Assembly (NCBI GenBank): GCA_005239725.1
Contig: SBBM01000023.1
Location: 1 to 60,252 of the forward strand
Origin: Planctomycetales bacterium
Lineage (GTDB): Bacteria > Omnitrophota > Gorgyraeia > Gygaellales > Profunditerraquicolaceae
DNA: 60,252 nt
Direction: 5' to 3'
Each line of letters opens with the position of its first letter. The first letter of the stretch is position 1. Below, piece by piece: positions 25,945 to 33,862 of the stretch. The notes below the pieces were generated by a model that was given only the letters and a program-made list of their open reading frames with translations, was not told the origin of the DNA and did not search any database. The position numbers and the translations under genes are program-made.

Positions 25945-27687
25945 CTATTCGCGATTTTCTATTTGCGATTTTATCCTATCAATAAAATCATTTATTGAGG
26001 TACTCCCTTGATCACCGGACTGCCTCTTTCTCACTGCAACGGTATTTCCCGCGGCCTCCCGTTCGCCCACAACTAATATATATGGTACTTTTGAGAGCTC
26101 TGCCTGACGGATTCTTTTCTGTAACGTTTCGCTGCGGCTGTCTATCTGCACCCTTATTCCAGCATCATCTAAAGCCTGCTTGACTTTTGAAGCGTATCCC
26201 AGCAAATTATCATTTATAGGAATAACCGATACCTGTGTGGGGCTAAGCCACAAAGGCATTGCCCCGGCATAATGCTCAACCAGACAGGCAATAAACCTTT
26301 CCAGGCTCCCCAATACCACCCGGTGCAGCATTATCGGCTGCTGCTCTTTTCCTTCGGCGTCAACGTAAGTAATGCCGAATCTCTTGGGCAGGGCAAAATC
26401 ACATTGCACCGTCGCGCATTGCCATGTCCTCTTTAGGGCGTCTTTTAATTTTATATCTATTTTGGGGCCGTAAAATGCGCCTTCCCCGGCATTTACTTCA
26501 TAAGATAAACCCAGGTCCTTTAAAGATTCCCCTAAGCCCCTTGTAGCCTGCTGCCAATCCTCGTCGGAGCCGATATATTTTTCCGGCCGGGTGCTTAATG
26601 CGATAGCCGCACTGGAAAAACCAAAGACTTTCATCGTCTCAAAGACAAAATTGACAACTCCTTTTATTTCGGATTTTAGCTGTGAGGGGAGGCAAAATAT
26701 GTGCGCGTCATCCTGGGTAAACCCGCGCACCCGCAACAATCCGTGCATGACCCCTGCCTTTTCATGCCGGTACACTGTGCCCAATTCAAAAAGCCTGATG
26801 GGTAACTCCTTGTAGCTGCGGCCTTTTGATTTGTAAATAAGGATGTGGCCCGGGCAATTCATCGGCTTTAGGACAAATTCCCTGTCTTCGATTTTAAAGG
26901 TATACATATTCTCTTTGTAATAATCATAGTGCCCGGACTTCTTCCAAAGTTCTGCCTGCATAATATGCGGGGTAAGCACTATCTGGTAGCCCCTGTTAAG
27001 GTGCTCTTTCTTTTCGTAATCTTCAATGAGCGTTCTTAAAAGCGCGCCCTTGGGGTGATAGAATACAAGGCCAGGGCCTGCCTCTTCCTGGTATATGTCA
27101 AAGAGCTCTAATTGCGGGCCGATTTTCCTGTGGTCACGCAGTTTCCTTTGCTCTAAATCCTTTAAGTACTCATCTAATTCTTTTTTACTCTCAAAACAGG
27201 TGCCATAGATTCTCTGCAGCATGGGGTTTGTTTCTATGCCATGCCAATATGCCCCGGCAAGGGATAATAATTTAAAGGCCCTGATTTTTCCGGTTGATTC
27301 TACGTGCGGGCCGCGGCATAAATCCGTAAAGTTCGCGCCTGTTTTATATATGCTGACTACTTCTCCAGGGATCTCATCAATCAGTTCAACTTTATAATCT
27401 TCATTCAGTTTTTTAAATAGGATTGCCGCGGCTTCCTTTGAGAGCTCTTCTTTGATAAAGGGTTCATTATTTTTAATAATCTCCTGCATCTTTTTCTCGA
27501 TGACAGCCAGGTCGGCATCGGTAAACGGCTCTTTTTTGCCTGCGCTGAGCGCAGCCGAAGTGTCAAAGTCGTAATAAAAACCGTCTTCGATAGAAGGCCC
27601 GATGCCTAATTTTACCTCAGGCCACAGCTCTTTTACCGCCTGGGCCATCACGTGCGAACAGGAGTGCCGTAAAGTAGATAAATCCAT
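25945..27687 (-). CDS. thrS: Threonyl-tRNA synthetase, short form without the N-terminal TGS domain
   Basis: LRHSCSHVMAQAV (editing-domain HxxxH), FRHEKAGVMHGLLRVRGFTQDDAHIF, class II core and anticodon-binding end. Confidence 0.9.
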   Translation of the reverse strand: MDLSTLRHSCSHVMAQAVKELWPEVKLGIGPSIEDGFYYDFDTSAALSAGKKEPFTDADLAVIEKKMQEIIKNNEPFIKEELSKEAAAILFKKLNEDYKVELIDEIPGEVVSIYKTGANFTDLCRGPHVESTGKIRAFKLLSLAGAYWHGIETNPMLQRIYGTCFESKKELDEYLKDLEQRKLRDHRKIGPQLELFDIYQEEAGPGLVFYHPKGALLRTLIEDYEKKEHLNRGYQIVLTPHIMQAELWKKSGHYDYYKENMYTFKIEDREFVLKPMNCPGHILIYKSKGRSYKELPIRLFELGTVYRHEKAGVMHGLLRVRGFTQDDAHIFCLPSQLKSEIKGVVNFVFETMKVFGFSSAAIALSTRPEKYIGSDEDWQQATRGLGESLKDLGLSYEVNAGEGAFYGPKIDIKLKDALKRTWQCATVQCDFALPKRFGITYVDAEGKEQQPIMLHRVVLGSLERFIACLVEHYAGAMPLWLSPTQVSVIPINDNLLGYASKVKQALDDAGIRVQIDSRSETLQKRIRQAELSKVPYILVVGEREAAGNTVAVRKRQSGDQGSTSINDFIDRIKSQIENRE

Positions 27688-27695
27688 ATTATTGA

Positions 27696-28169
27696 TTATA
27701 TTTTCTTACTGCGTTTTAATCTGTCCCTTAAACGCAGGGCCGAAATGTCCATAGCATCCACGGGGCGTTTCATATTTTTTTTGGCTTCCATCAATTCAGC
27801 GATCCCCATGACGCTGGCTTTGATCCCGTTAAAACCGGCGATTTGCCTATGCTTGTAAGCCGCGCCGAAATCCACACCGGCAATACCCGTAATAATATCA
27901 ACCCTTACAGGGGCAACTCCGATTTGGTAAACCACATCCGGCTTGATAAAATCATCGGCGCCGATATTTGTCAGCGGCGCGCCAAATTCCTTTAGGGCCG
28001 CGTAAACCCTTTGTGCGTTCTTCTCTTCCGGCTCAACCCAGATATCCAGGTCTTTTGTATAACGCGGTTCGGTGTAATAAATCACGGCGTAAGCGCCGAT
28101 AATGAGGTATTTAACGCGGTGTTTATTTAATATTTTCAACAGTTCTTTGTAGTCTAAAGGTATGACCAT
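27696..28169 (-). CDS. Minimal nucleotidyltransferase, paralogue of 19508..20059
   Basis: YLIIGAYAVIYYTEPRYTKDLDIWV, VRVDIIT, KRPVDAMDISAL. Same motif order as the pheST-embedded copy. Its stop is 8 nt before the thrS ATG. Confidence 0.7.
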   Translation of the reverse strand: MVIPLDYKELLKILNKHRVKYLIIGAYAVIYYTEPRYTKDLDIWVEPEEKNAQRVYAALKEFGAPLTNIGADDFIKPDVVYQIGVAPVRVDIITGIAGVDFGAAYKHRQIAGFNGIKASVMGIAELMEAKKNMKRPVDAMDISALRLRDRLKRSKKI

Positions 28170-28320
28170 TTATTCTTTTCCCTTTTAACAGATAGGAATA
28201 TCTCAACATATCGAAGGCGGCGGTAAAACGCTTGCTTGCACTCTGCGCCTGCCAGAATTCAATGTCAAAACTGCGGTCCGCTTTGGAAAGCGGGACCATT
28301 CTTTCCCAGATTTTCTTCAC
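28123..28320 (-). CDS. Small protein (65 aa) paired with the nucleotidyltransferase; putative antitoxin or partner
   Basis: Upstream of and overlapping the NTase by 47 nt. SASKRFTAAFDML loosely matches SYARRFEIYEGLL of the 66-aa partner. Confidence 0.45.
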   Translation of the reverse strand: MKKIWERMVPLSKADRSFDIEFWQAQSASKRFTAAFDMLRYSYLLKGKRINGHTFRLQRTVENIK

Positions 28321-28340
28321 TAAAACCCCCGTTCAAAAAA

Positions 28341-28414
28341 TGGGCGGTACAGGACTTGAACCTGTGACCTTCACAATGTCAATGTGACACGCTAACCAAC
28401 TGCGCCAACCGCCC
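28341..28414 (-). tRNA. tRNA-Val (anticodon GAC)
   Basis: Acceptor GGGCGGT/ACCGCCC, anticodon arm TCACA-TTGACAT-TGTGA, T arm ACAGG-TTCAAGT-CCTGT. Confidence 0.85.
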
Positions 28415-28424
28415 ATAATTTAAA

Positions 28425-28507
28425 TGGGCAGGGAGGGAGTTGAACCCTCACGCTCTTGCGAGCGGGAGATTTTAAGTCTCCATTGTCTGCCATTCCAACA
28501 CCTGCCC
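28425..28507 (-). tRNA. tRNA-Leu (anticodon UAA), long variable arm
   Basis: Acceptor GGGCAGG/CCTGCCC, anticodon arm GGAGA-CTTAAAA-TCTCC, variable arm CGCTCGCAAGAGCGT, T arm GAGGG-TTCAACT-CCCTC. Confidence 0.85.
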
Positions 28508-28690
28508 AAATATTTTATAATAACTTTAATTAACCGTTTTGCTTTTACCCCGGCCTCTACATGATTCAACGCAATGTTGTGTCAATTTTATCTTCCTATT
28601 TAAACCCAAGCAGTTTTCATAATAGCAGGCTCTAGCAATTTCCCTGGCTGCCATTTTACCGTTCTTTTCTTTTTGTGGCATCTTAAGTTA

Positions 28691-28762
28691 AGGCGACGAG
28701 CGGAATCGAACCGCTGAATAGTTGTTTTGCAGACAACTGCCTTACCGCTTGGCTACGTCGCC
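28691..28762 (-). tRNA. tRNA-Cys (anticodon GCA)
   Basis: Acceptor GGCGACG/CGTCGCC, anticodon arm GTTGT-CTGCAAA-ACAAC, T arm AGCGG-TTCGATT-CCGCT. Confidence 0.85.
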
Positions 28763-28770
28763 GGATTTTT

Positions 28771-29307
28771 TCAAAGAATCTTTTTTACCTCTTTTACTAT
28801 CGTTTCAACTTCCGCCAGGCAACCCACACCGGTCTTTCCGCAGGCGAGTTCCCCTTTCACCGGCTCAACAAATTTATAGCTGCAGGATTTCAGTTTCTTG
28901 ATATTCTCCTGCACAATTTTATTTTTATACATATTCTCGTTCATCGCCGGGCAGATTAAAACAGGCGCCTTTGTGGCCGCGATAACGCAGGTCAATAAAT
29001 CATCGCATATGCCGGAGGCAATTTTTCCGATAATATTGGCGGTTGCCGGAGCAACTAAAACCAAACTCGCCTTATCCGCCAATGAAATATGCTCTATATC
29101 CCATTCGTCCGGCTGATCAAACAACCCGCGATAAACCCTGTTGCCGGATAGACCCTGAAAGACAATCGGCTTAATCAGTTCTTCAGCCTCCTTAGTCATT
29201 ACGACGTTGACTAAAAAACCGTCTTTTTTAAGTCGGCGGATTATTTCGCAGGATTTATATATGGCGATGCTCGCCGTTACCCCTAAAACAATGTGTTTTT
29301 TTGCCAT
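28771..29307 (-). CDS. coaC: Flavoprotein, phosphopantothenoylcysteine decarboxylase-like (CoaC half only)
   Basis: 178 aa. HIVLGVTASIAIYKS, PATANIIGKIASGICDDLL, PAMNENM. Confidence 0.8.
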   Translation of the reverse strand: MAKKHIVLGVTASIAIYKSCEIIRRLKKDGFLVNVVMTKEAEELIKPIVFQGLSGNRVYRGLFDQPDEWDIEHISLADKASLVLVAPATANIIGKIASGICDDLLTCVIAATKAPVLICPAMNENMYKNKIVQENIKKLKSCSYKFVEPVKGELACGKTGVGCLAEVETIVKEVKKIL

Positions 29308-29312
29308 TCCTA

Positions 29313-29516
29313 TCAGGCGGCCTTATTCTTATAGCGCACTTTGCTTTCGAGAATTTCTTTAAGCGCAACGGCAGAGGGCTTGAGGGACGAGTCTGCCTCC
29401 ACCAATTTCGCCTGCCCCTCGGCAATAGCCAATGCCCTCTGGGATGCCAAAACTACCAGCTTGTAAACCGACCCTCCGGTCCTATCAAGAAGTTTTTCTA
29501 AAGGTATCTGCTCCAT
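29313..29516 (-). CDS. rpoZ: DNA-directed RNA polymerase omega subunit
   Basis: 67 aa. SVYKLVVLASQRALAI. Adjacent to gmk. Confidence 0.8.
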   Translation of the reverse strand: MEQIPLEKLLDRTGGSVYKLVVLASQRALAIAEGQAKLVEADSSLKPSAVALKEILESKVRYKNKAA

Positions 29517-29528
29517 ATTTCCTCCGGG

Positions 29529-30110
29529 TTAACTTCCTATCTCTTTTATAATTATGCCTTTTAATTCCCTTAATGCCCGCGTTAAATCTTTATTGATTAT
29601 GCGGTAATCATAACCGCGGGATGCCAGGATTTCTTTTTTGGCAACCCGCAGGCGCTTTTCGACCTCTTCCTTTTTAGTTCCACTGCAACGTTGTTTTATC
29701 CTTTTAGGTAGCGTATCCAATGAAGGGGGCAGGATAAAGATGGTAACCGTATTCCGAGGATAAATCTTCTTTACCTTGCGCGCGCCCACCACATCAAGGC
29801 AAAGGAGTATCCCGTCCTCTTTATTCAAATGCCCGTCTACAAAATCCCTGGGCGTCCCGTAATAATAGCCCAAATATTTTGTCCATTCAAGAATTTTTTT
29901 CGCTTTCAAGGCCCGCTTGAACTGTGCCTGGCTGATAAAAAAATAGTCGCTTTTATGCGTTTCTATTGCCCTCACCGGCCGCGTGGTAAACGATATAGAC
30001 CTTACCAGCCTTTTTTTCAGGCGCCTATCTTTAAACACGCCTCTGATTAACGTGGTTTTTCCCGAACCTGAGGGCCCGGAAATCACAAAAATTTTGCCTC
30101 TGGTTTTCAC
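29529..30110 (-). CDS. gmk: Guanylate kinase
   Basis: ISGPSGSGKTTL, TTRPVR..E..G.DYFF, YYGTP. Confidence 0.9.
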   Translation of the reverse strand: MKTRGKIFVISGPSGSGKTTLIRGVFKDRRLKKRLVRSISFTTRPVRAIETHKSDYFFISQAQFKRALKAKKILEWTKYLGYYYGTPRDFVDGHLNKEDGILLCLDVVGARKVKKIYPRNTVTIFILPPSLDTLPKRIKQRCSGTKKEEVEKRLRVAKKEILASRGYDYRIINKDLTRALRELKGIIIKEIGS

Positions 30111-30928
30111 TCTATATTCTGTGCCTGTTCGCGTATTTTTTCAATCTGGCTTTTAGTCTGGATGACCTTGGCGGAGATAAGCGCGTCGCAGCTTTTAGCG
30201 CCCATGGTATTTGCTTCGCGCTGCATCTCCTGAGCGATGAAGTCCAATTCCTTGCCTATGGGGCCCCTCTTTGAAATAACATCGCTAAAATTCCGGATGT
30301 GGAATGCCAGCCTCTCTATCTCCTCGCTGATATCCGTATTTTTTAAAAAACTTGCGCGCTCCTCGTCTGTATTTATTTTAACCAGCTTGTCTTTAACGAC
30401 CTTTTTAAACCGCGAGCGGATATCGTCGAGACTGTCTGCCAGGCCCTGCGCACGCGACTTTAAATAGCTAAAAAGCGCTTTCCCCTCTTTTGACCGCGTC
30501 TTTACCAGACCATCTAATGCGACGTCAACAAAAATCTTTAACGCCGGCCAGGACTGTTTTGCCATCGCCCTTTTATCTTCCAGGGTCAGGACTCCCGGAA
30601 GGTGCACCAAGGTGTCAAAACTTGGTTCCCCTTTAAGCTGAAATTGCCTTTTTGTTTTTTTAAATGCCGAAAGGTATCCCTTCAGGAGCTCGCCGTTTAT
30701 AGAAACGCGGCCCGGCTGCCCGCCGGAAATATTTACCGCGCAGATGACCCTGCCTCTTTTTACCCGTGCCTCGATTTCCTTTTTCATCCTCTCCTCCAGG
30801 GAGAGAAAGCCTTCCGGCAAATGAAAAACTATTTCAAGGGACTTATGGTTTGTGCTTCTTAACTCGACGGAAATCTTCCCGACAGCCACCCTTCCTTCCT
30901 TGCTGCCAAAACCGGTCATGCTCTGCAT
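30107..30928 (-). CDS. yicC: YicC family protein
   Basis: MQSMTGFG N-terminus, C-terminal REANTMGAKS...IREQAQNIE. Confidence 0.85.
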   Translation of the reverse strand: MQSMTGFGSKEGRVAVGKISVELRSTNHKSLEIVFHLPEGFLSLEERMKKEIEARVKRGRVICAVNISGGQPGRVSINGELLKGYLSAFKKTKRQFQLKGEPSFDTLVHLPGVLTLEDKRAMAKQSWPALKIFVDVALDGLVKTRSKEGKALFSYLKSRAQGLADSLDDIRSRFKKVVKDKLVKINTDEERASFLKNTDISEEIERLAFHIRNFSDVISKRGPIGKELDFIAQEMQREANTMGAKSCDALISAKVIQTKSQIEKIREQAQNIE

Positions 30929-30943
30929 AATTATCCTTTTTTA

Positions 30944-31447
30944 TCAGGCCCAGGCCTTATGTCTGCACTCTTTTTCCACAGTTTCTTTTGTAGGGTACAA
31001 ATCAACGATTATCTCATCTGGAGAAAACCAGAGTTTTATTTCTCGTTCCGCCTCCGCCTCATTTGAGGAGACGTGTATTACATTTTCATAAATACCCGAT
31101 GTTGTTATCCTCCCGTACGAGCCTCTTATGGATGTTGCCTCGGCCTCTTCGGGGTTGGTAGCCCCTGCTAAATCCCGGCACTTTTTTATGGCATCTTTAC
31201 CCCAATAAATCATGGCCATAACTTTACGCCTGTCGTGGAGCTCGCCGCGCAGGTATTTTATAATCTCGGGGAAAAACGGCCTATCCTTCAGGTGTTGATA
31301 ATGCTCCTCAGCTAATTCTTTGGAAACCCTGACCATCTTTGCCGCTACAATCTCCAGTTTTGTCTCGGATAGGCGGGTGAGGATGTTGCCGGTCAAAGAT
31401 TTTTTAAGCCCGTCGGGCTTTATAAGAATTAAAACCGCCTGGCTCAT
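30944..31447 (-). CDS. ndk: Nucleoside-diphosphate kinase-like protein
   Basis: LILIKPDG, SIRGSYG, NVIHVSS (active-site His region), with a C-terminal extension. Confidence 0.75.
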   Translation of the reverse strand: MSQAVLILIKPDGLKKSLTGNILTRLSETKLEIVAAKMVRVSKELAEEHYQHLKDRPFFPEIIKYLRGELHDRRKVMAMIYWGKDAIKKCRDLAGATNPEEAEATSIRGSYGRITTSGIYENVIHVSSNEAEAEREIKLWFSPDEIIVDLYPTKETVEKECRHKAWA

Positions 31448-31451
31448 AACG

Positions 31452-32318
31452 TCACACCTCCCTGCCTGCCGGCAGGCAGGCTTTTAATACCTTATGAATC
31501 CTTTCTAAATCCTCCTGGGAATAAAATTCAATGGAAATATGGCCGCGTTTTTTTCTTTTGCTAATCCGGACCTTTGTGGCTAAAATTTGCTGCAGTTCTT
31601 CTTCCATAACCACTAAATAAGGCTCGCGGTCAGATTGGCCGATTTTACGCTTAGGCCCTCTATAGCGCCGCATTTTAATTAAATTCTCTAACTCCCGCAC
31701 CGACAAACTCTTAGCAATAATATCCTGGGCTAACCTACGTTGCTGATTTACATCTTCTACCTCTAAAAGGGCCCGGCCATGACCGAAAGAAATGCGGCCA
31801 TTTTTTATCTCTTCCTGGATTTCCTGAGGTAACTTCAATAATCGCAATGTGTTAGTAACAGAAACCCTTGCTTTGCCCAGTACCTCGCTAATTTTTTCCT
31901 GGGTGAGTTGAAACTTACTCATAAGGTACTGATAGGCGTGTGCCTCTTCAATCGGATTCAAGCTTTGTCGCTGTATATTCTCTATCAAGGCTAATTCCAA
32001 AGAATCTTCGTCGTTTACATCTTTGACAATAATTGGTATCTTTTTGATGCCCAACAAGTTAGTAGCGCGCAACCTTCTCTCGCCGGTTATAAGTTCATAA
32101 AAATCGCCTTTACGCCTCACCAAAAGCGGCTGGATAATCCCTTTTTCTTTAATGGATTGGGCTAATTCTTCAATGCTTTCGCTATCAAAAACTTGGCGCG
32201 GCTGAAAAGGATTCGCTTTAATTTGGTCAGTTTGGACATATATAATCTCGCCTTTATGCTCACTTTCTCTTTCAGGTATGAGGGCGCCGATGCCTTTGCC
32301 CAGGGCTTTTCTTTCCAT
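31452..32318 (-). CDS. parB: Chromosome partitioning protein ParB
   Basis: IQPLLVRR, YELITGERRLRA, HTH region, EFYSQEDLERI C-terminal domain. Confidence 0.9.
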   Translation of the reverse strand: MERKALGKGIGALIPERESEHKGEIIYVQTDQIKANPFQPRQVFDSESIEELAQSIKEKGIIQPLLVRRKGDFYELITGERRLRATNLLGIKKIPIIVKDVNDEDSLELALIENIQRQSLNPIEEAHAYQYLMSKFQLTQEKISEVLGKARVSVTNTLRLLKLPQEIQEEIKNGRISFGHGRALLEVEDVNQQRRLAQDIIAKSLSVRELENLIKMRRYRGPKRKIGQSDREPYLVVMEEELQQILATKVRISKRKKRGHISIEFYSQEDLERIHKVLKACLPAGREV

Positions 32319-33106
32319 TATGCTTCTCCTTCCAGTATAGATTGGGTTTCCAGTCCGAGAATTTCTTTACACAATTCTTCGTATTTTTGCGCTCCCAAAG
32401 AATCTTTATCATATAAAGCCACAGGCTTGCCAAAACTTGGAGCTTCAGTAAGCCTTATATTCCTGGGGATTACCGTGTTGTATACCTTATCCTTGAAATA
32501 ATTCCTCGCCTCCTGGATAACCTCTTTGGTAAGGTTAGTGCGGAAATCCGCCATAGTTAAAAGAACCCCCTCAATAAAAATACTGGGATTCAGGTTATCT
32601 TTTACAAGTTTAACTGTATTAGTAAGTTGTGTTAATCCTTCCAGGGCATAATACTCGCATTGGACAGGAATAAGCACAGAGTCCGCAGCGCAAAGCCCAT
32701 TTATGGTTAATAAACCCAGAGAAGGCGGTGAGTCAACTAATATAAAATCAAAGTTATCCCGTTCTTTTGCCAACGCCCTTTTTAAGCGGTACTCTCTACC
32801 TAATGCGCCAACTAACTCTACTTCGGCCCCGGTTAAATCAAGATTCGAAGGGGCCAACCAAAGATTCGCAATTGCTGTTGTCTGTAATATTTCTTTTATT
32901 TCTAATTCTTCGAGAAGGACATGATAGGTGCTTTTTTGGATGTTGTGCTTATTTATGCCCATTCCGCTTGTAGCGTTTGCCTGGGGGTCCAAATCTACGA
33001 GCATGATTTTCTTGCCCAATAAAGCAAAAAAGGCGGCTATATTTATGGCGGAAGTGGTTTTACCGGTGCCGCCTTTTTGATTGCAAATTGTAATAATTTT
33101 ACCCAT
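32318..33106 (-). CDS. parA: Chromosome partitioning ATPase ParA/Soj
   Basis: ICNQKGGTGKTTSAINIA deviant Walker A, VDLDPQANAT, ILVDSPPSLG. Confidence 0.95.
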   Translation of the reverse strand: MGKIITICNQKGGTGKTTSAINIAAFFALLGKKIMLVDLDPQANATSGMGINKHNIQKSTYHVLLEELEIKEILQTTAIANLWLAPSNLDLTGAEVELVGALGREYRLKRALAKERDNFDFILVDSPPSLGLLTINGLCAADSVLIPVQCEYYALEGLTQLTNTVKLVKDNLNPSIFIEGVLLTMADFRTNLTKEVIQEARNYFKDKVYNTVIPRNIRLTEAPSFGKPVALYDKDSLGAQKYEELCKEILGLETQSILEGEA

Positions 33107-33555
33107 TATTTCTTACGCAGCTTAAAAGCTCGACTCTTTGAATTTAAACTTGATAACTTCTGTGCTAACACATGAAGTTTGTCATAATCTATATCTCTGA
33201 AGTTTTCTAATTTATGCATCACCATTTCTTTCCATACTTGGTATGCTTCTTGTTTCTTTTTACTTTGCAGGGGGAATTTATCAAAATGTCCAACTATTTG
33301 CATTAACTCACTAGTTCTTGTTACTCTATAATATACCGTGGGTTGCGTAAAACCACTGTTATGGGTAGACCTGGCTTCATTAGCATTATATATATATCCT
33401 ACATAATTAAAGTATTTATGAATGTCTTCGATTACTTGAGCGTTATCTACCCTTTGACGAATTGCAAAGTATAATCCATATGTTCCTCCACTTCTACTAT
33501 AAGTAAAAGCTGCTTCTCCGTCACAGAAACCAGTTACATACCAAGGATTTAGCAT
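33106..33555 (-). CDS. Free-standing single-domain LAGLIDADG homing-endonuclease-like protein
   Basis: WYVTGFCDGEAAFTY (LAGLIDADG motif). ~149 aa. Locally AT-rich. Its TAATG overlaps the parA start. Confidence 0.75.
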   Translation of the reverse strand: MLNPWYVTGFCDGEAAFTYSRSGGTYGLYFAIRQRVDNAQVIEDIHKYFNYVGYIYNANEARSTHNSGFTQPTVYYRVTRTSELMQIVGHFDKFPLQSKKKQEAYQVWKEMVMHKLENFRDIDYDKLHVLAQKLSSLNSKSRAFKLRKK

Positions 33556-33610
33556 CACTTACCCTTGTTAGGAAAATGTTTTAATTTGCACATTTTCACG
33601 GGGAACATTG

Positions 33611-33641
33611 CTAAATAAATTTACTTTTATTATAAAAGTAA
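33611..33641 (-). terminator. AT-rich hairpin (TTACTTTTAT/ATAAAAGTAA) followed by ATTTATTT, downstream of jag
   Basis: 21-nt perfect palindrome. The stem has only one G-C pair, so it is weak. Confidence 0.3.
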
Positions 33642-33652
33642 GATATTCATTG

Positions 33653-33862
33653 TCAAGTGTTTTCTTTTGCATTTTTGCTATCTTTTGTAGTCACGCGAAT
33701 TTTAGCGGGTTTTGAGCCAGGCATACCAAAGAGACCCTTTTCTTCGTCGCAAAGCACCTCAATCTTTAGTTTGCTCCGCGGCAATTTCAGTTCCTTAAGT
33801 GCGGCTTTAATCGCCTCTTCTACTGTTTTCCCTTTGATTTCAAGATTGATTTTTTTAGTCAT
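33653..33862 (-). CDS. jag: Jag/KhpB N-terminal domain-only protein (KH and R3H domains absent)
   Basis: EIKGKTVEEAIKAALKELKLPRSKLKIEVL..EKGLFGMPGSKPAKIRV. 69 aa, immediately after yidC. Confidence 0.7.
   Translation of the reverse strand: MTKKINLEIKGKTVEEAIKAALKELKLPRSKLKIEVLCDEEKGLFGMPGSKPAKIRVTTKDSKNAKENT

Noticed and set aside
33589-33604. parS-like site (TGTTCCCCGTGAAAAT on the minus strand)
   Set aside because: It matches only 12 of 16 positions of TGTTTCACGTGAAACA and is not palindromic.
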